From positions 32,001-96,000 of IMG/VR virus record IMGVR_UViG_3300032236_000679: 64,000 nucleotides of DNA; one strand, written 5' to 3'. Below the pieces are notes generated by a model that searched no databases, had not been told where the DNA came from, and saw only the letters and a program-made list of their open reading frames with translations. The stretch is from a virus. A program made the translations under genes and the position numbers. Positions 34,474-44,096 of this stretch are shown one piece after another (the stretch's first letter is position 1; each line of letters starts with the position of its first letter).

Positions 34474-35487
34474 TTAAAGTCCAGTGTAAATCTGCATTAA
34501 CAGTTGTCTGTCATAATGAGATGTATCAATTGCTTCAATTTGATTAATGACAATCTGATCAACTGATTCAAATGCAGTATCAATTGGAGTACCTGTTAGA
34601 TCAAGTTCTAACTTGTGTGGGATAAGTGTCAGTTCTCTTGCACCATACTGACCCAGCATAGTTTCTTTGATGAAGTTTGCTTCTTCGTAACTGATGGAAA
34701 TATCTAAATTAACACGAGCATATGTTCGATCATTGAGATATGTTTCTGGATTATCGATCAGTTGTGCAAGACTCATAACACGATATTCGGGTCCTTGAGT
34801 CCAATTAACAAATTCTGGTTCCTGTCCCCAATCTAAAATAACAGCGCCGCGATCATTGTCCCATGCGTCAGCAAAGTTATGTGGAAATGCATTTCCAATA
34901 TAATGAATATTATTTTGTGTTTGTCGTTTGTGAAAATGTCCTGTGAATACTTTATCAACATAACCAAAATCTTCACGGCGTAGTTCACCATGATCGGGCA
35001 TTTCTACCATTGCGTTCATAAGGAATCGTGGCAGTTCAAAATGTCCCATGACATATTTGTCTTTGATCTTACGCATGTTTTTATGTTCTTCGCCAATTAG
35101 CCAAGGCACAAAGCAAACGTCACCCTCACTGTACTGTTCATTAATTAATTGAATATTCTTGAACTTACTGATGTACTTGATTGAAGTGAGGGTGCGTTTG
35201 TCTTTATGGTAGAGATCATGATTACCAGGAATAAACATACACCTGAGACCACTTGCATCAATCTTATCTAAACATCTAAGACTATAGTCCATTGTGCTGA
35301 TATTGATACTGTTTCTATTATGGTGAAAATCTCCTAGAAATAGTATGATATCGCATTCTCTACTTTTTGCAAGATCAAGGAACCAATCTACATAGCGTTC
35401 GCAGTCTTGATTATGTTGAGCACTATTGCTCTTCATTCCAAGATGTAGATCGGTAAAGATAGCAGCACGTTTGAATAAGTTTGACAT
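34474..35487 (-). CDS. gp47: Recombination endonuclease nuclease subunit (T4 gp47 / SbcD-Mre11)
   Basis: Metallophosphoesterase motifs DLH, GDFHH, GNHD, GHFE, GHFH. Confidence 0.93.
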   Translation of the reverse strand: MSNLFKRAAIFTDLHLGMKSNSAQHNQDCERYVDWFLDLAKSRECDIILFLGDFHHNRNSINISTMDYSLRCLDKIDASGLRCMFIPGNHDLYHKDKRTLTSIKYISKFKNIQLINEQYSEGDVCFVPWLIGEEHKNMRKIKDKYVMGHFELPRFLMNAMVEMPDHGELRREDFGYVDKVFTGHFHKRQTQNNIHYIGNAFPHNFADAWDNDRGAVILDWGQEPEFVNWTQGPEYRVMSLAQLIDNPETYLNDRTYARVNLDISISYEEANFIKETMLGQYGARELTLIPHKLELDLTGTPIDTAFESVDQIVINQIEAIDTSHYDRQLLMQIYTGL

Positions 35488-35493
35488 ACTGCT

Positions 35494-35522
35494 ATTATAT
35501 TACATTAGTTTGGCAATATCAA
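35494..35522 (-). promoter_or_regulatory. Sigma70-type promoter TTGATA-N17-TATAAT for gp47-gp46
   Basis: -35 at 35517-35522 and -10 at 35494-35499 on the minus strand; the spacer is exactly 17 nt. Confidence 0.7.
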
Positions 35523-35524
35523 TA

Positions 35525-36379
35525 TTAAGTTTTGCCTACCAAACTTGTGGGATCAATATCAGCATGAACAATTTCCTTTGCCTTAATTGCATTTTCAGTC
35601 TGTCGAGTATAACTGGGATTCAAATTATTCATTTCTAAGATGTCATCACGAAGATGTTGATTACGCTTTTCTACATTTAAAACACGGGTAAAACTATTAG
35701 CCATCGTTGCAGTATAGTAAGCAAATGGATTATTTGATTTTGATTCATCAAACTGTAGTCCAACTTGACTTAACTGTAACAATGCTTGGCTACGCATTTC
35801 ATCATTATATGTGTATCCACGCCAGTTACCTTTACTTCCAAAACGCTCGCAAAGTTTCATAAACATCCTGGCAAGACTGTTAGTCATTGCTCCGTGATCT
35901 TTATTAAATGCACCATTGCTTAAACCACCTTCCCAGTGACTTTTTCCAACACAAATAAGTTCGTCATCATCGTTATAACGAAAATGTTGGAAAGGAGGGA
36001 AATTAATTTTAGCGTGATGATCGCTTGCAGTTTTTGGAGTCTTCTTGCGACCCGGGGCCAAAGGAATATGGTCCCATGTCATAATACGAAATACAACTTC
36101 AGTTTTTTTAATCTTATGCCAATCTATCATATGATCATCAAGTTTTGTCTTAACACCCTGCAACTGAGATGCTTCCCATGCTTGCTTGGCTAAGAAAGTA
36201 GCACGAGCACGTTTTGCTTCTGCTACTGTTCGTTGATTAATTTTACTTAAACTTGGTAAAATAAGATCATAGTGATTGTCTTCAGGAGTTAAAAAACTAC
36301 AGTAAGTATTCTTGCTCTTATGAATCTCTCTTAGTAGATCTTTGTTAGTAAGATAAGGAGTACGTTTTGTTACTGTCAT
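35525..36379 (-). CDS. gp55: Late-transcription sigma factor, T4 gp55 family
   Basis: YLTNKDLL.EI, NWRGYTYNDEM...ALLQL...FDESKSNNPFAYYT....NSF.RVLN.EKR. Adjacent to gp47/gp46 as in T4-like phages. Confidence 0.85.
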   Translation of the reverse strand: MTVTKRTPYLTNKDLLREIHKSKNTYCSFLTPEDNHYDLILPSLSKINQRTVAEAKRARATFLAKQAWEASQLQGVKTKLDDHMIDWHKIKKTEVVFRIMTWDHIPLAPGRKKTPKTASDHHAKINFPPFQHFRYNDDDELICVGKSHWEGGLSNGAFNKDHGAMTNSLARMFMKLCERFGSKGNWRGYTYNDEMRSQALLQLSQVGLQFDESKSNNPFAYYTATMANSFTRVLNVEKRNQHLRDDILEMNNLNPSYTRQTENAIKAKEIVHADIDPTSLVGKT

Positions 36380-36385
36380 TGTATT

Positions 36386-36420
36386 ATTATATAGCCATAT
36401 TATAATTTGGTAAATATTTA
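36386..36420. promoter_or_regulatory. Central divergence point: palindromic TAAATATTTA (36411-36420) overlapping a sigma70-like TTTACC-N17-TATAAT promoter for gp55
   Basis: Read directly: -35-like at 36409-36414 and -10 at 36386-36391 (minus strand). Confidence 0.6.
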
Positions 36421-36441
36421 TTATTCAAAAGAAGTAGAAAA

Positions 36442-37788
36442 ATGCCTACATTTAAACCACAAAAACCTAATTTTTATACTAGATCTTCGGCAAACTCAGG
36501 TGCTTCTGGATTATCTAGTACTAACTTAGAATTTTATGCCACTGGTTTATCTAACCCAGGCGGATTGGCAGCGGGCACATCATTAAACGCTGTTGGCGTA
36601 GGTGCTATCGGCACAACTCCCGACTCATTGACTCCAACTGGACAGTCTGGCATATTAGGTACTACAGGCGCTGCTGGTGCTGCTGGTACCGGCGCAGGCG
36701 CAGCAGCAGGTGGTGCAGGTACAGGCGTTGGCACTGGTGCAGTAGCGGGTGGCGCAGCAGGAACATCTGGTAGAACTGGGCCTAGTTCTTCAGCAATTTC
36801 TTTTGGTCCTACAATGGGATATAGATCAGGTGTCACTCAACTTGATCCTGGAGCAGCCACTCAAACTAAATTTACTGCTAAGTCTCCTGTAACAAATCCG
36901 TCAACTGGCGGCCCAGCATCTGAGATTGCAAACGCAGTTAAGAGAGCAACTACTAAACCAGATGCTGCTTCAAATTACCAAAACTCTAATCCAGGATCAA
37001 CTAGAACAGCACTAACACATCCAGGATCAACATATAAAGGTCCTGTTGGTGGTAGTGCAACTGATCCTGCCAGTGCAAATTTTATTCCTAAGGGTGGTGT
37101 GTTTGATCCTGGATTAAGCACCTTTGTGCCTAGTACTAGTCAATCGAATATTTCAAGTCCAGATGATGGAGTAGATGATAGAGTTATAATTGTAGATCAA
37201 ACAGGGCTTTTTGTTAATGCAAGCACAGTATTTGATCAATTAAAACCAAATTCAGGAGTATTATTTCCGTATCCTCCAACAATATCAGTTGGACATAAAG
37301 CAAATTATGATATGGAAAATCTACTGCATAGTAACTACACAACTCCTTACTATACACACAGTAGCGTAGACAGTATTAATATTCAAGGAAGATTTACAGC
37401 ACAGACCGAAGACGATGCAAAATATATCCTGTCAATGATTCATTTTTTTAGAACTGTGACTAAGATGTTTTATGCAGGAAAAGATAATAGAGGAACACCT
37501 CCGCCTGTACTGTATCTGGATGCTTATGGACAATATATGTTTGATCATATTCCAATTGTTGTTAAAGATTTTAACTATACGCTACCAAACGATGTTAACT
37601 ATATGACAGTTACTTTTATGGATAAGGTATGTAAAGTACCTGTTGATCTTAATATCACATTAGATACTATGCCGGTTTACAGTAGAAACAAAATTAGTAA
37701 TAATTTTGATTTACAATCATTTGCCAAAGGTAGTTTGTTAACTGCTGGCACTACATCAAGTGGACCTAAGACAGGAGGATGGATCTAA
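36442..37788 (+). CDS. Baseplate/tail-tube initiator-like protein (gp48/gp54-like) with low-complexity N-terminal half
   Basis: C-half GVLFPYPPTI..GHKANY....LHSNY...Y.HSSVD.INI.G.FTAQ...HFFRTVTKMF...GTPPPVLYL.AYG.YMF..IP.VV..F.YTLP.DV.Y. Confidence 0.65.
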   Translation: MPTFKPQKPNFYTRSSANSGASGLSSTNLEFYATGLSNPGGLAAGTSLNAVGVGAIGTTPDSLTPTGQSGILGTTGAAGAAGTGAGAAAGGAGTGVGTGAVAGGAAGTSGRTGPSSSAISFGPTMGYRSGVTQLDPGAATQTKFTAKSPVTNPSTGGPASEIANAVKRATTKPDAASNYQNSNPGSTRTALTHPGSTYKGPVGGSATDPASANFIPKGGVFDPGLSTFVPSTSQSNISSPDDGVDDRVIIVDQTGLFVNASTVFDQLKPNSGVLFPYPPTISVGHKANYDMENLLHSNYTTPYYTHSSVDSINIQGRFTAQTEDDAKYILSMIHFFRTVTKMFYAGKDNRGTPPPVLYLDAYGQYMFDHIPIVVKDFNYTLPNDVNYMTVTFMDKVCKVPVDLNITLDTMPVYSRNKISNNFDLQSFAKGSLLTAGTTSSGPKTGGWI

Positions 37789-38099
37789 TGGCAATTAATA
37801 CCAAGTATAATACCAATAGTCCCTACAGAGAAACTCCTTTCATTGAAGGTAAGTTTTTAGATATTTTAACTCCGCGAGAATTTCCTGCACAAGCAGATGA
37901 TCTTTATAAACAAATTGGTTCTCAATTTCAGTATAGACCTGATCTATTAAGTTGGTGGGTTTATGACACCACTGACTATTGGTGGGTTTTCATGATGAGA
38001 AATAGAGATGTTATAGTTGATCCAATTTGGGATTTCACTGCTGACAAATATATCTACATTCCTAAAAAAGATACGTTGACTAGAATATTGGCACTGTAA
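37788..38099 (+). CDS. Baseplate wedge protein, gp53/LysM-like (start at TAATG overlap, 37788)
   Basis: YQYRPDLLSW.VYDTTDYWWVFMMRN...DPIWDF...IYIP pattern. Confidence 0.7.
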   Translation: MAINTKYNTNSPYRETPFIEGKFLDILTPREFPAQADDLYKQIGSQFQYRPDLLSWWVYDTTDYWWVFMMRNRDVIVDPIWDFTADKYIYIPKKDTLTRILAL

Positions 38100-39980
38100 A
38101 TGGCAACACCTACTGCAAAAGCAAGAACTAATGTATTACATGATTATGCAAATTACACTTACAATTTGCAATTGTGGTCAATTGGCAAAGATGACTTTAA
38201 CAAAATTGCGCAGGGAAGCATTGGTCCTGATTCTGCTGGAAGTATTATAAAAAACGGAAAATTATTAATATCTAACGGCGGGTTTAATGATGTTGACAAA
38301 AATAGTAGAAGTAGTGCATTTGGCAATGACATGGCCATTGACAATCTTGAAATTGAAACAGTAGTAGGAAATAAAGGTCCTCAGGCTCGCGGTACTGATG
38401 CTGTAAAATTTAAATTTGAAATAATTGAACCTTATAGCGTCACATTATTAGATAGATTATATGAACTTGCAAAAAGTCAAGCATTGGGTGCAGATTTTAA
38501 ACAACTTATCTATGTACTTAAAATACAATTTTTTGGATATGATGATTTAGGAAATCCCAAAGTTATAGATGCAACAAAATACTTTCCATTTACATTAACT
38601 AGTATTCATTTTAGCGTAACACATAAAGGTGCGTTATATTCTTGTGAGGCAATACCTGTACAAAATCTTGCTTTGACGATCTTAGATAATCAAATTCCTA
38701 TGCATCTAGAATTGGTAGGTGAGAAGGTCAAAGATCTTTTTAATGCTAAAGAAATTGAACCAACAAAAGCATCAGGTAATGCCAGATCAGACACAACCCC
38801 TCAACCTTCTAATCAAAATAATACAGTTGTCACTAAAGGACTTGCACAAGCATTAGCAGATAATGAAAAATTAAAAGTGGATAATGGTTCTCAAAAAATT
38901 GCAAATGAATATTTGTTTGAATTTACAAAAGATCTTGCCAATGCAAGTATTCTTAATACAAAGACACCCAATGATCTAGCAAAAACTTACCCCAGTTCCA
39001 AAGGTGCTGAAGGTCAAAAAAATCTACAAGCAGGACAACAAGGAACACTTCAACAAGACACACAATATGGAACACTTAAGATTCAAGCAGGAACTAAGAT
39101 CACTGATTTGATAGGTCGTGTATTGACTCAAACTGATTTCATGCAGAATCAAGTTCAAAAAAATGCTCCTAAAGATAAACCTGTTATCATGTGGAAAATT
39201 ATACCTAAAGTTGAAATATTAGGTTACGATGATTTGACAGCAACCACTGCACGTAGAACAACTTATACAGTTGTCTCTTATGAGCATTATGGTGAAGATC
39301 ACCCTAACATGGGCCAAGCACCAATGAGCAATGCAACAGTTGTTAAAAATTATGAATACATTTATACTGGTAATAACAGGGATGTTATTAAAGCAGCAAT
39401 TGATTTTAAGGCATCATTTTATGAACCTAGAAATGCAGTAAAAAGTACATATGTTGGGGAAAATCCCAATGATGTTCAAATAGAAGATAATAATAAGGAT
39501 CTAAGAATAATTAAACCTGGCATCTTATTAACTAACGGTCTTGCAAATCAACAGAATAGCGGTGATTCTACTTCAACAGAACAAAGAACAGTTGTTGGTG
39601 AAATGATGTCTAAGATGTTTGACAGTGTTGGAGATATGGTTACTTTAGATATTGAAATTGTAGGCGATCCTGATTGGTTACAACAAGATAATATATTATA
39701 TTCTACCAATGTTGATTCATCAACTAAAACATTAACTGATGGTACTATTAATTTTCAAAATAGTACAACTGCATTTTTGTTTAAATTTAAAACTCCTTAT
39801 GCAACAGACTATGATCCAGTAACTGGCATCTTTGGTTTAGGAAATGCAACAACATCAGTATTCAGTGGGTACTATCTTGTAACAAGAGTTGTAAGTAGTT
39901 TTAGAAAAGGACGGTTTACTCAAAAATTAGACAACTATAGAATTAGAATTCAAAACAGTTCCGAAACAGAGAATCAATAA
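38100..39980 (+). CDS. Baseplate hub protein (gp27/VgrG-N-like), 626 aa
   Basis: Lies between the gp53-like and gp5-like genes. C-terminal LDIEIVGDPDWL...GYYLVTRVVSSFRKGRFTQKL hub-type motif. Confidence 0.6.
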   Translation: MATPTAKARTNVLHDYANYTYNLQLWSIGKDDFNKIAQGSIGPDSAGSIIKNGKLLISNGGFNDVDKNSRSSAFGNDMAIDNLEIETVVGNKGPQARGTDAVKFKFEIIEPYSVTLLDRLYELAKSQALGADFKQLIYVLKIQFFGYDDLGNPKVIDATKYFPFTLTSIHFSVTHKGALYSCEAIPVQNLALTILDNQIPMHLELVGEKVKDLFNAKEIEPTKASGNARSDTTPQPSNQNNTVVTKGLAQALADNEKLKVDNGSQKIANEYLFEFTKDLANASILNTKTPNDLAKTYPSSKGAEGQKNLQAGQQGTLQQDTQYGTLKIQAGTKITDLIGRVLTQTDFMQNQVQKNAPKDKPVIMWKIIPKVEILGYDDLTATTARRTTYTVVSYEHYGEDHPNMGQAPMSNATVVKNYEYIYTGNNRDVIKAAIDFKASFYEPRNAVKSTYVGENPNDVQIEDNNKDLRIIKPGILLTNGLANQQNSGDSTSTEQRTVVGEMMSKMFDSVGDMVTLDIEIVGDPDWLQQDNILYSTNVDSSTKTLTDGTINFQNSTTAFLFKFKTPYATDYDPVTGIFGLGNATTSVFSGYYLVTRVVSSFRKGRFTQKLDNYRIRIQNSSETENQ

Positions 39981-40009
39981 GAATAATACCTGAAAGTTTG
40001 GAAAATTAA

Positions 40010-41824
40010 ATGGAAATTAGTAATACACAAGGCAGCAAAGCACCGAAACATAGCAGACACGAAGATGCGGCTGGTATTAGAATTAATCCAGGTCCTTTCG
40101 TTGGTGTTGTAAAAAATAACATTGATAGTATGCGTTCAGGCAGATTGCAAGTTTACATTCCTGAATTAGGAGGAGATCCATTAAATGAATCCAGTTGGAG
40201 AACAGTGCATTACTGTACTCCATTCTATGGCCAAACAGATCCTGCACAGCGCGGAACAGGACAAGATTTTGGCAGCAGTCCACATTCATATGGCATGTGG
40301 TTTGTTCCACCTGATCTAGGTGTAAAAGTTTTATGCACATTCGTTAACGGTGACCCATTTAGAGGCTATTGGTTTGGATGTATTCCAGATTGGCCAAATT
40401 TACACATGGTTCCAGGTATTAGTAGTGGCATGTTTCATGGTGGTCCCCCAGATCCCTTAGTTGAATTCAATGATAATGATCCTGCAACTCATGATAATGA
40501 AGGCGAATTCTTTAAACGTGCTACAACGTCTCATGACTATCAGAAAAAAGTATATGAGAGACAAGGTATATTACAAGACCCTGTTAGAGGTCCTGGTATC
40601 AGTAGTGCATTCCGCGAAACTCCCAGCAGAGTATTTGGTATCAGTACACCTGGTCCTGACTTAGTATTGCCTGGTGGTGCCAACGATGAAGGATATGTGA
40701 ACACAAGTCCTCCTGCTAGACAAGGCGGTCATCAGTTTATTATGGATGATGGCGATGTTAATGGCAACAGTCAGTTAATTAAACTACGCACTAGTAACGG
40801 CAACATGCTGTTATTAAATGACAGTGCTGGCATTGTTTATTTGATTAACGCAGCAGGATCTGCGTGGTTTGAAATGGACGGCGCAGGCAATGTTAGAGTT
40901 TATAGTCAGGCAAAAGTTGAAATGCACGCCACTGCTGGTTTCGTATTTGAAACACCTGGCCCTATAAATTTAAATGGTTCAACTATTGATATTGCTGCCA
41001 GTGGTCCATTGAAACTCAAAGGTGCAACTGTTGATATTATGGGACTTGGTGGTGTAAAAGTTGGCGGCATGGGTGACATACATTTGTCAGGCAAGTCGGC
41101 ATTTTTAAGTGGCTTGATGTGCGTAAGCATATCTGGTGGTCAGCATATTGATCAAAAAGCAGGTTGTATAACCTTAAACAGTAAAAAAGTTAAAAATGCA
41201 AGTCCTCCAGGTATGGCAATGGGGCAACCAGGGCCAACACATGAACCATATGGCGGTCATCAAAATGTAAAGACTAATAGTCCTGCAAGTAGCCCTAGTC
41301 AAGCAGCAGCAAATGGTTTACCTAGCGGTGCAGGCGCATCTGGTAGTTATGGTGCAGCAAGTAGTTTTGGCACAACAAAAGATGTTCCTTCTTATTATGG
41401 TGTATTAACTAATGCAAGTGGCCCAATTAAGTTTAATCCTGGATTACAAGGCAGTTATGCAGGGCAGGGTGCAAACTTAGGCGATGCTGGAACATTAAAT
41501 GTTTATGATGAAAACGCTGCACTTTATACTAATGTTAACTTGCCTTTACCTGTGTCTAACTCAGGCTTTGCTGTTAATATTAGTGATCCAACTGCAACAA
41601 CTAACAAGAACCTAAAGCCAGGTGAAGCACTTAATAATCCTGGTGATCTCACTGATTTAAAAACTGATCCGTTTGCAATTGGTCAAGTTAATGGATTAAA
41701 TTCTTACAAAACACCCGAAGACGGCATTGCTGCATTAAGCACTTTACTTGATATAATTCAAAGTGATGGTGCAAGCACATTGTCAGACTTTATTAAAGAA
41801 TATATTGCAAGAAAAGGAGGATAA
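40010..41824 (+). CDS. Baseplate central spike protein, gp5-like (OB fold plus beta-helix)
   Basis: GPFVGVVKNNID.MR.GRLQVYIPELGG...SYGMWFVPPDLG.KVLC.FVNGD...GYWFGC (gp5 OB fold), SRVFGISTPG, R.GGHQFIMDDG, then Gly-rich beta-helix repeats. Confidence 0.8.
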   Translation: MEISNTQGSKAPKHSRHEDAAGIRINPGPFVGVVKNNIDSMRSGRLQVYIPELGGDPLNESSWRTVHYCTPFYGQTDPAQRGTGQDFGSSPHSYGMWFVPPDLGVKVLCTFVNGDPFRGYWFGCIPDWPNLHMVPGISSGMFHGGPPDPLVEFNDNDPATHDNEGEFFKRATTSHDYQKKVYERQGILQDPVRGPGISSAFRETPSRVFGISTPGPDLVLPGGANDEGYVNTSPPARQGGHQFIMDDGDVNGNSQLIKLRTSNGNMLLLNDSAGIVYLINAAGSAWFEMDGAGNVRVYSQAKVEMHATAGFVFETPGPINLNGSTIDIAASGPLKLKGATVDIMGLGGVKVGGMGDIHLSGKSAFLSGLMCVSISGGQHIDQKAGCITLNSKKVKNASPPGMAMGQPGPTHEPYGGHQNVKTNSPASSPSQAAANGLPSGAGASGSYGAASSFGTTKDVPSYYGVLTNASGPIKFNPGLQGSYAGQGANLGDAGTLNVYDENAALYTNVNLPLPVSNSGFAVNISDPTATTNKNLKPGEALNNPGDLTDLKTDPFAIGQVNGLNSYKTPEDGIAALSTLLDIIQSDGASTLSDFIKEYIARKGG

Positions 41825-41826
41825 AA

Positions 41827-43602
41827 ATGGCTATTCCTTTAGATCCGCGAGCCCAAGCGTTCCTTACTAAAATGCAATCAGATTGGGGCATGGACCCTGG
41901 TCAAACAATAGACATGAATGATCCAATGACTAAGTTAGTCATGACTATGGTAATTGCAAGTATTGAGCAAGGGCGAGATCTTTATAGTTACGATCAATAT
42001 ATTAAAGGCTGTGCAATGAGCGCAGGCATTGATCCTGATACATTTGATTCTGAAGTTAATCCAACTAGTTTAGCAATACAAAATAATACAACGGGAATAT
42101 CAAATTTCGTAAGTCCTTCATCATACACTATTAAACTAGGAGGTAGCAGTTTACCAACTATGCAACTTAGTCAGTATATACAATTGGGAATTCAAGGTTC
42201 CTTTAACTATCTAAATTACAGTGGTGTAACACCTGGTACCAGTGTTTATGGTCCTGGAGGCGTTACTGGCGTTGTAGGTTCAACTACTCCCACCAGTCCC
42301 ATCTATGCAAATACTGATGGTAATTACAGTCCAATTTTGAATACCATTAAAACAGTTGAATCTGGTGGAGATTATTCTGCACAAAATCCTACATCGTCTG
42401 CATCAGGTGCTTACCAATTCATTGATAGTACTTGGCGTTCAGCAGCAAAAGAAGCAGGAGTTGACGTAAATCAATATCCTCGTGCATATATGGCTCCGCC
42501 AGAAGTACAGGATACAGTTGCAGCCAATCAAGTTCAAAAGATACTTGCGGCAAATGGTAATGATGTGACAAAAGTTCCTGTTGTTTGGTATACTGGTAAT
42601 GCTCGCGGCGAGAATCCAAATGTAACTCCTGCGCAACTGGCAGCATATACTGGTAAATGGGGTAATGTTTATCAAACAAAAGCAGGCGATAGCCCAGTTA
42701 CAACAACTAATCCAGATGGGCTTCCAGCAGGTGATTATAAAGTAAGTCCAACTATTGTTGATGAAAACGGCTATGATTACAGAGTTCTAAAAGCAGCAGA
42801 TGGCACGGAATATAGAAAATATAATGACGGTTCAGTTTATGATTCTAGCGGAGACAAGTTAATTAAGCCACCTAATGGCATTGACCCTAGTTTTACACAA
42901 GTAGAAGTTACACAGGATGCAAACGGTAAGGATGTGTTTACTTACAGTAAAGAAGGTAGTAATCTAACTTATAAACAAACTGAAGATGGTAATGTTGTTA
43001 GAAGTGACGGCCAACCAGTAACAACAGCAGGTAGTACTGTTGCAGTTGCAGGTACTAGACCAGCATCAGTACAAGCACAAATTGAAGCAAATGCTGCTCA
43101 ACTTGAACAAGCAAAGCAAACTCTTAATGATGCCAATGCAAATCTTAATACAACACTAGACAACTATGAAGGCATTATTAAACCTGCTGATATACCAGAT
43201 GGTTGGGAACGAACCGTTGAAAAACAAGATGGCGTAACTTATGCTACTTGGCATGATCCTCAAAATCCAGATGCTGCTTATAAATCTGTTGCATTGGATG
43301 GGCCTGATAAAGGAACAATTTATGCTCCTAATCCAACAGGTGGCGATGATGTTGTTACAGGTAAACTTACTGCGGGTGATGGCAGTTTAATGACAGTAAC
43401 ACAAAATGATCTTAATCAAGCACTTAGTGAAACTGGTAATGCTGCAAAACTTCAAATTTCAGCAGACGAGCAAGCAACAAAATTAGATAATAATGGATTG
43501 GGAGCACCAGTTGAAGTTGGCGCTGCTGGAGGCGGTGGTGGCGGTGCAGGAGCAGCACCAGCAGCAGCATCAACTGCTGCCAGCATGTTAGGCGGATGTT
43601 AA
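41827..43602 (+). CDS. Virion-associated lysozyme-like / lytic transglycosylase protein, 591 aa
   Basis: ILNTIKTVESGGDYSAQNPTSSASGAYQFIDSTW (Glu-Ser-Gly-Gly and G.YQF lysozyme-fold motifs). Strong SD GGAGG at 41816-41820. Confidence 0.75.
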   Translation: MAIPLDPRAQAFLTKMQSDWGMDPGQTIDMNDPMTKLVMTMVIASIEQGRDLYSYDQYIKGCAMSAGIDPDTFDSEVNPTSLAIQNNTTGISNFVSPSSYTIKLGGSSLPTMQLSQYIQLGIQGSFNYLNYSGVTPGTSVYGPGGVTGVVGSTTPTSPIYANTDGNYSPILNTIKTVESGGDYSAQNPTSSASGAYQFIDSTWRSAAKEAGVDVNQYPRAYMAPPEVQDTVAANQVQKILAANGNDVTKVPVVWYTGNARGENPNVTPAQLAAYTGKWGNVYQTKAGDSPVTTTNPDGLPAGDYKVSPTIVDENGYDYRVLKAADGTEYRKYNDGSVYDSSGDKLIKPPNGIDPSFTQVEVTQDANGKDVFTYSKEGSNLTYKQTEDGNVVRSDGQPVTTAGSTVAVAGTRPASVQAQIEANAAQLEQAKQTLNDANANLNTTLDNYEGIIKPADIPDGWERTVEKQDGVTYATWHDPQNPDAAYKSVALDGPDKGTIYAPNPTGGDDVVTGKLTAGDGSLMTVTQNDLNQALSETGNAAKLQISADEQATKLDNNGLGAPVEVGAAGGGGGGAGAAPAAASTAASMLGGC

Positions 43603-43609
43603 ATATAGT

Positions 43610-44047
43610 ATGACGTTATACAAGGGTTTCAGCACCAAACAATTTTTAAATCAAGACCCCAATACAATCGTTGGACTGGGTGAAAATTTCTTTGGACCTT
43701 ATTCAGTTACTGATAAAAATTTGATAATAACAGATCTGCTGAATCATTTTCACATTAGAAAAGGTGAAAAATTAATGAACCCCGACTTTGGATGTTTAGT
43801 TTGGGACAAGTTATTCGATCCACTGACTACAACATTAAAAAACGAAATTGTCAATAATGTAAGTGAAATTATTGCACAGGATCCTCGCATCTCATTGATA
43901 GACTCAATTACTGTTACCGAATCTCCCAAAGGGCAGGGACTTTATCTAAGTATACAAATTGTTCTTAAATCAACTAATGAATTAGTAAGTTTAAATTTAG
44001 GTTTCGACGGCACAACTGGTCAATTGAATAGCACAGTCTCTTATTAA
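43610..44047 (+). CDS. gp25: Baseplate wedge subunit, gp25 family
   Basis: LIITDLLNHFHIRKGEKLMNPDFGCLVWDKLFDP...I..IIAQDPRI. Confidence 0.85.
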   Translation: MTLYKGFSTKQFLNQDPNTIVGLGENFFGPYSVTDKNLIITDLLNHFHIRKGEKLMNPDFGCLVWDKLFDPLTTTLKNEIVNNVSEIIAQDPRISLIDSITVTESPKGQGLYLSIQIVLKSTNELVSLNLGFDGTTGQLNSTVSY

Positions 44048-44067
44048 AATACGCATATTATAATGCA

Positions 44068-44075
44068 TATAAATA
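44068..44075 (+). promoter_or_regulatory. T4-type late promoter TATAAATA
   Basis: Perfect consensus upstream of gp6. Related cores at 43600-43605, 62476-62483 and 63122-63129. Confidence 0.75.
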
Positions 44076-44096
44076 ATGTTAGAGGTTTAGATTACA

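Noticed and set aside
32666-35487. Host sbcCD genes / host chromosomal flank
   Set aside because: Size, order and adjacency to gp55 match the T4 gp47-gp46 module; no host-like housekeeping context is present.
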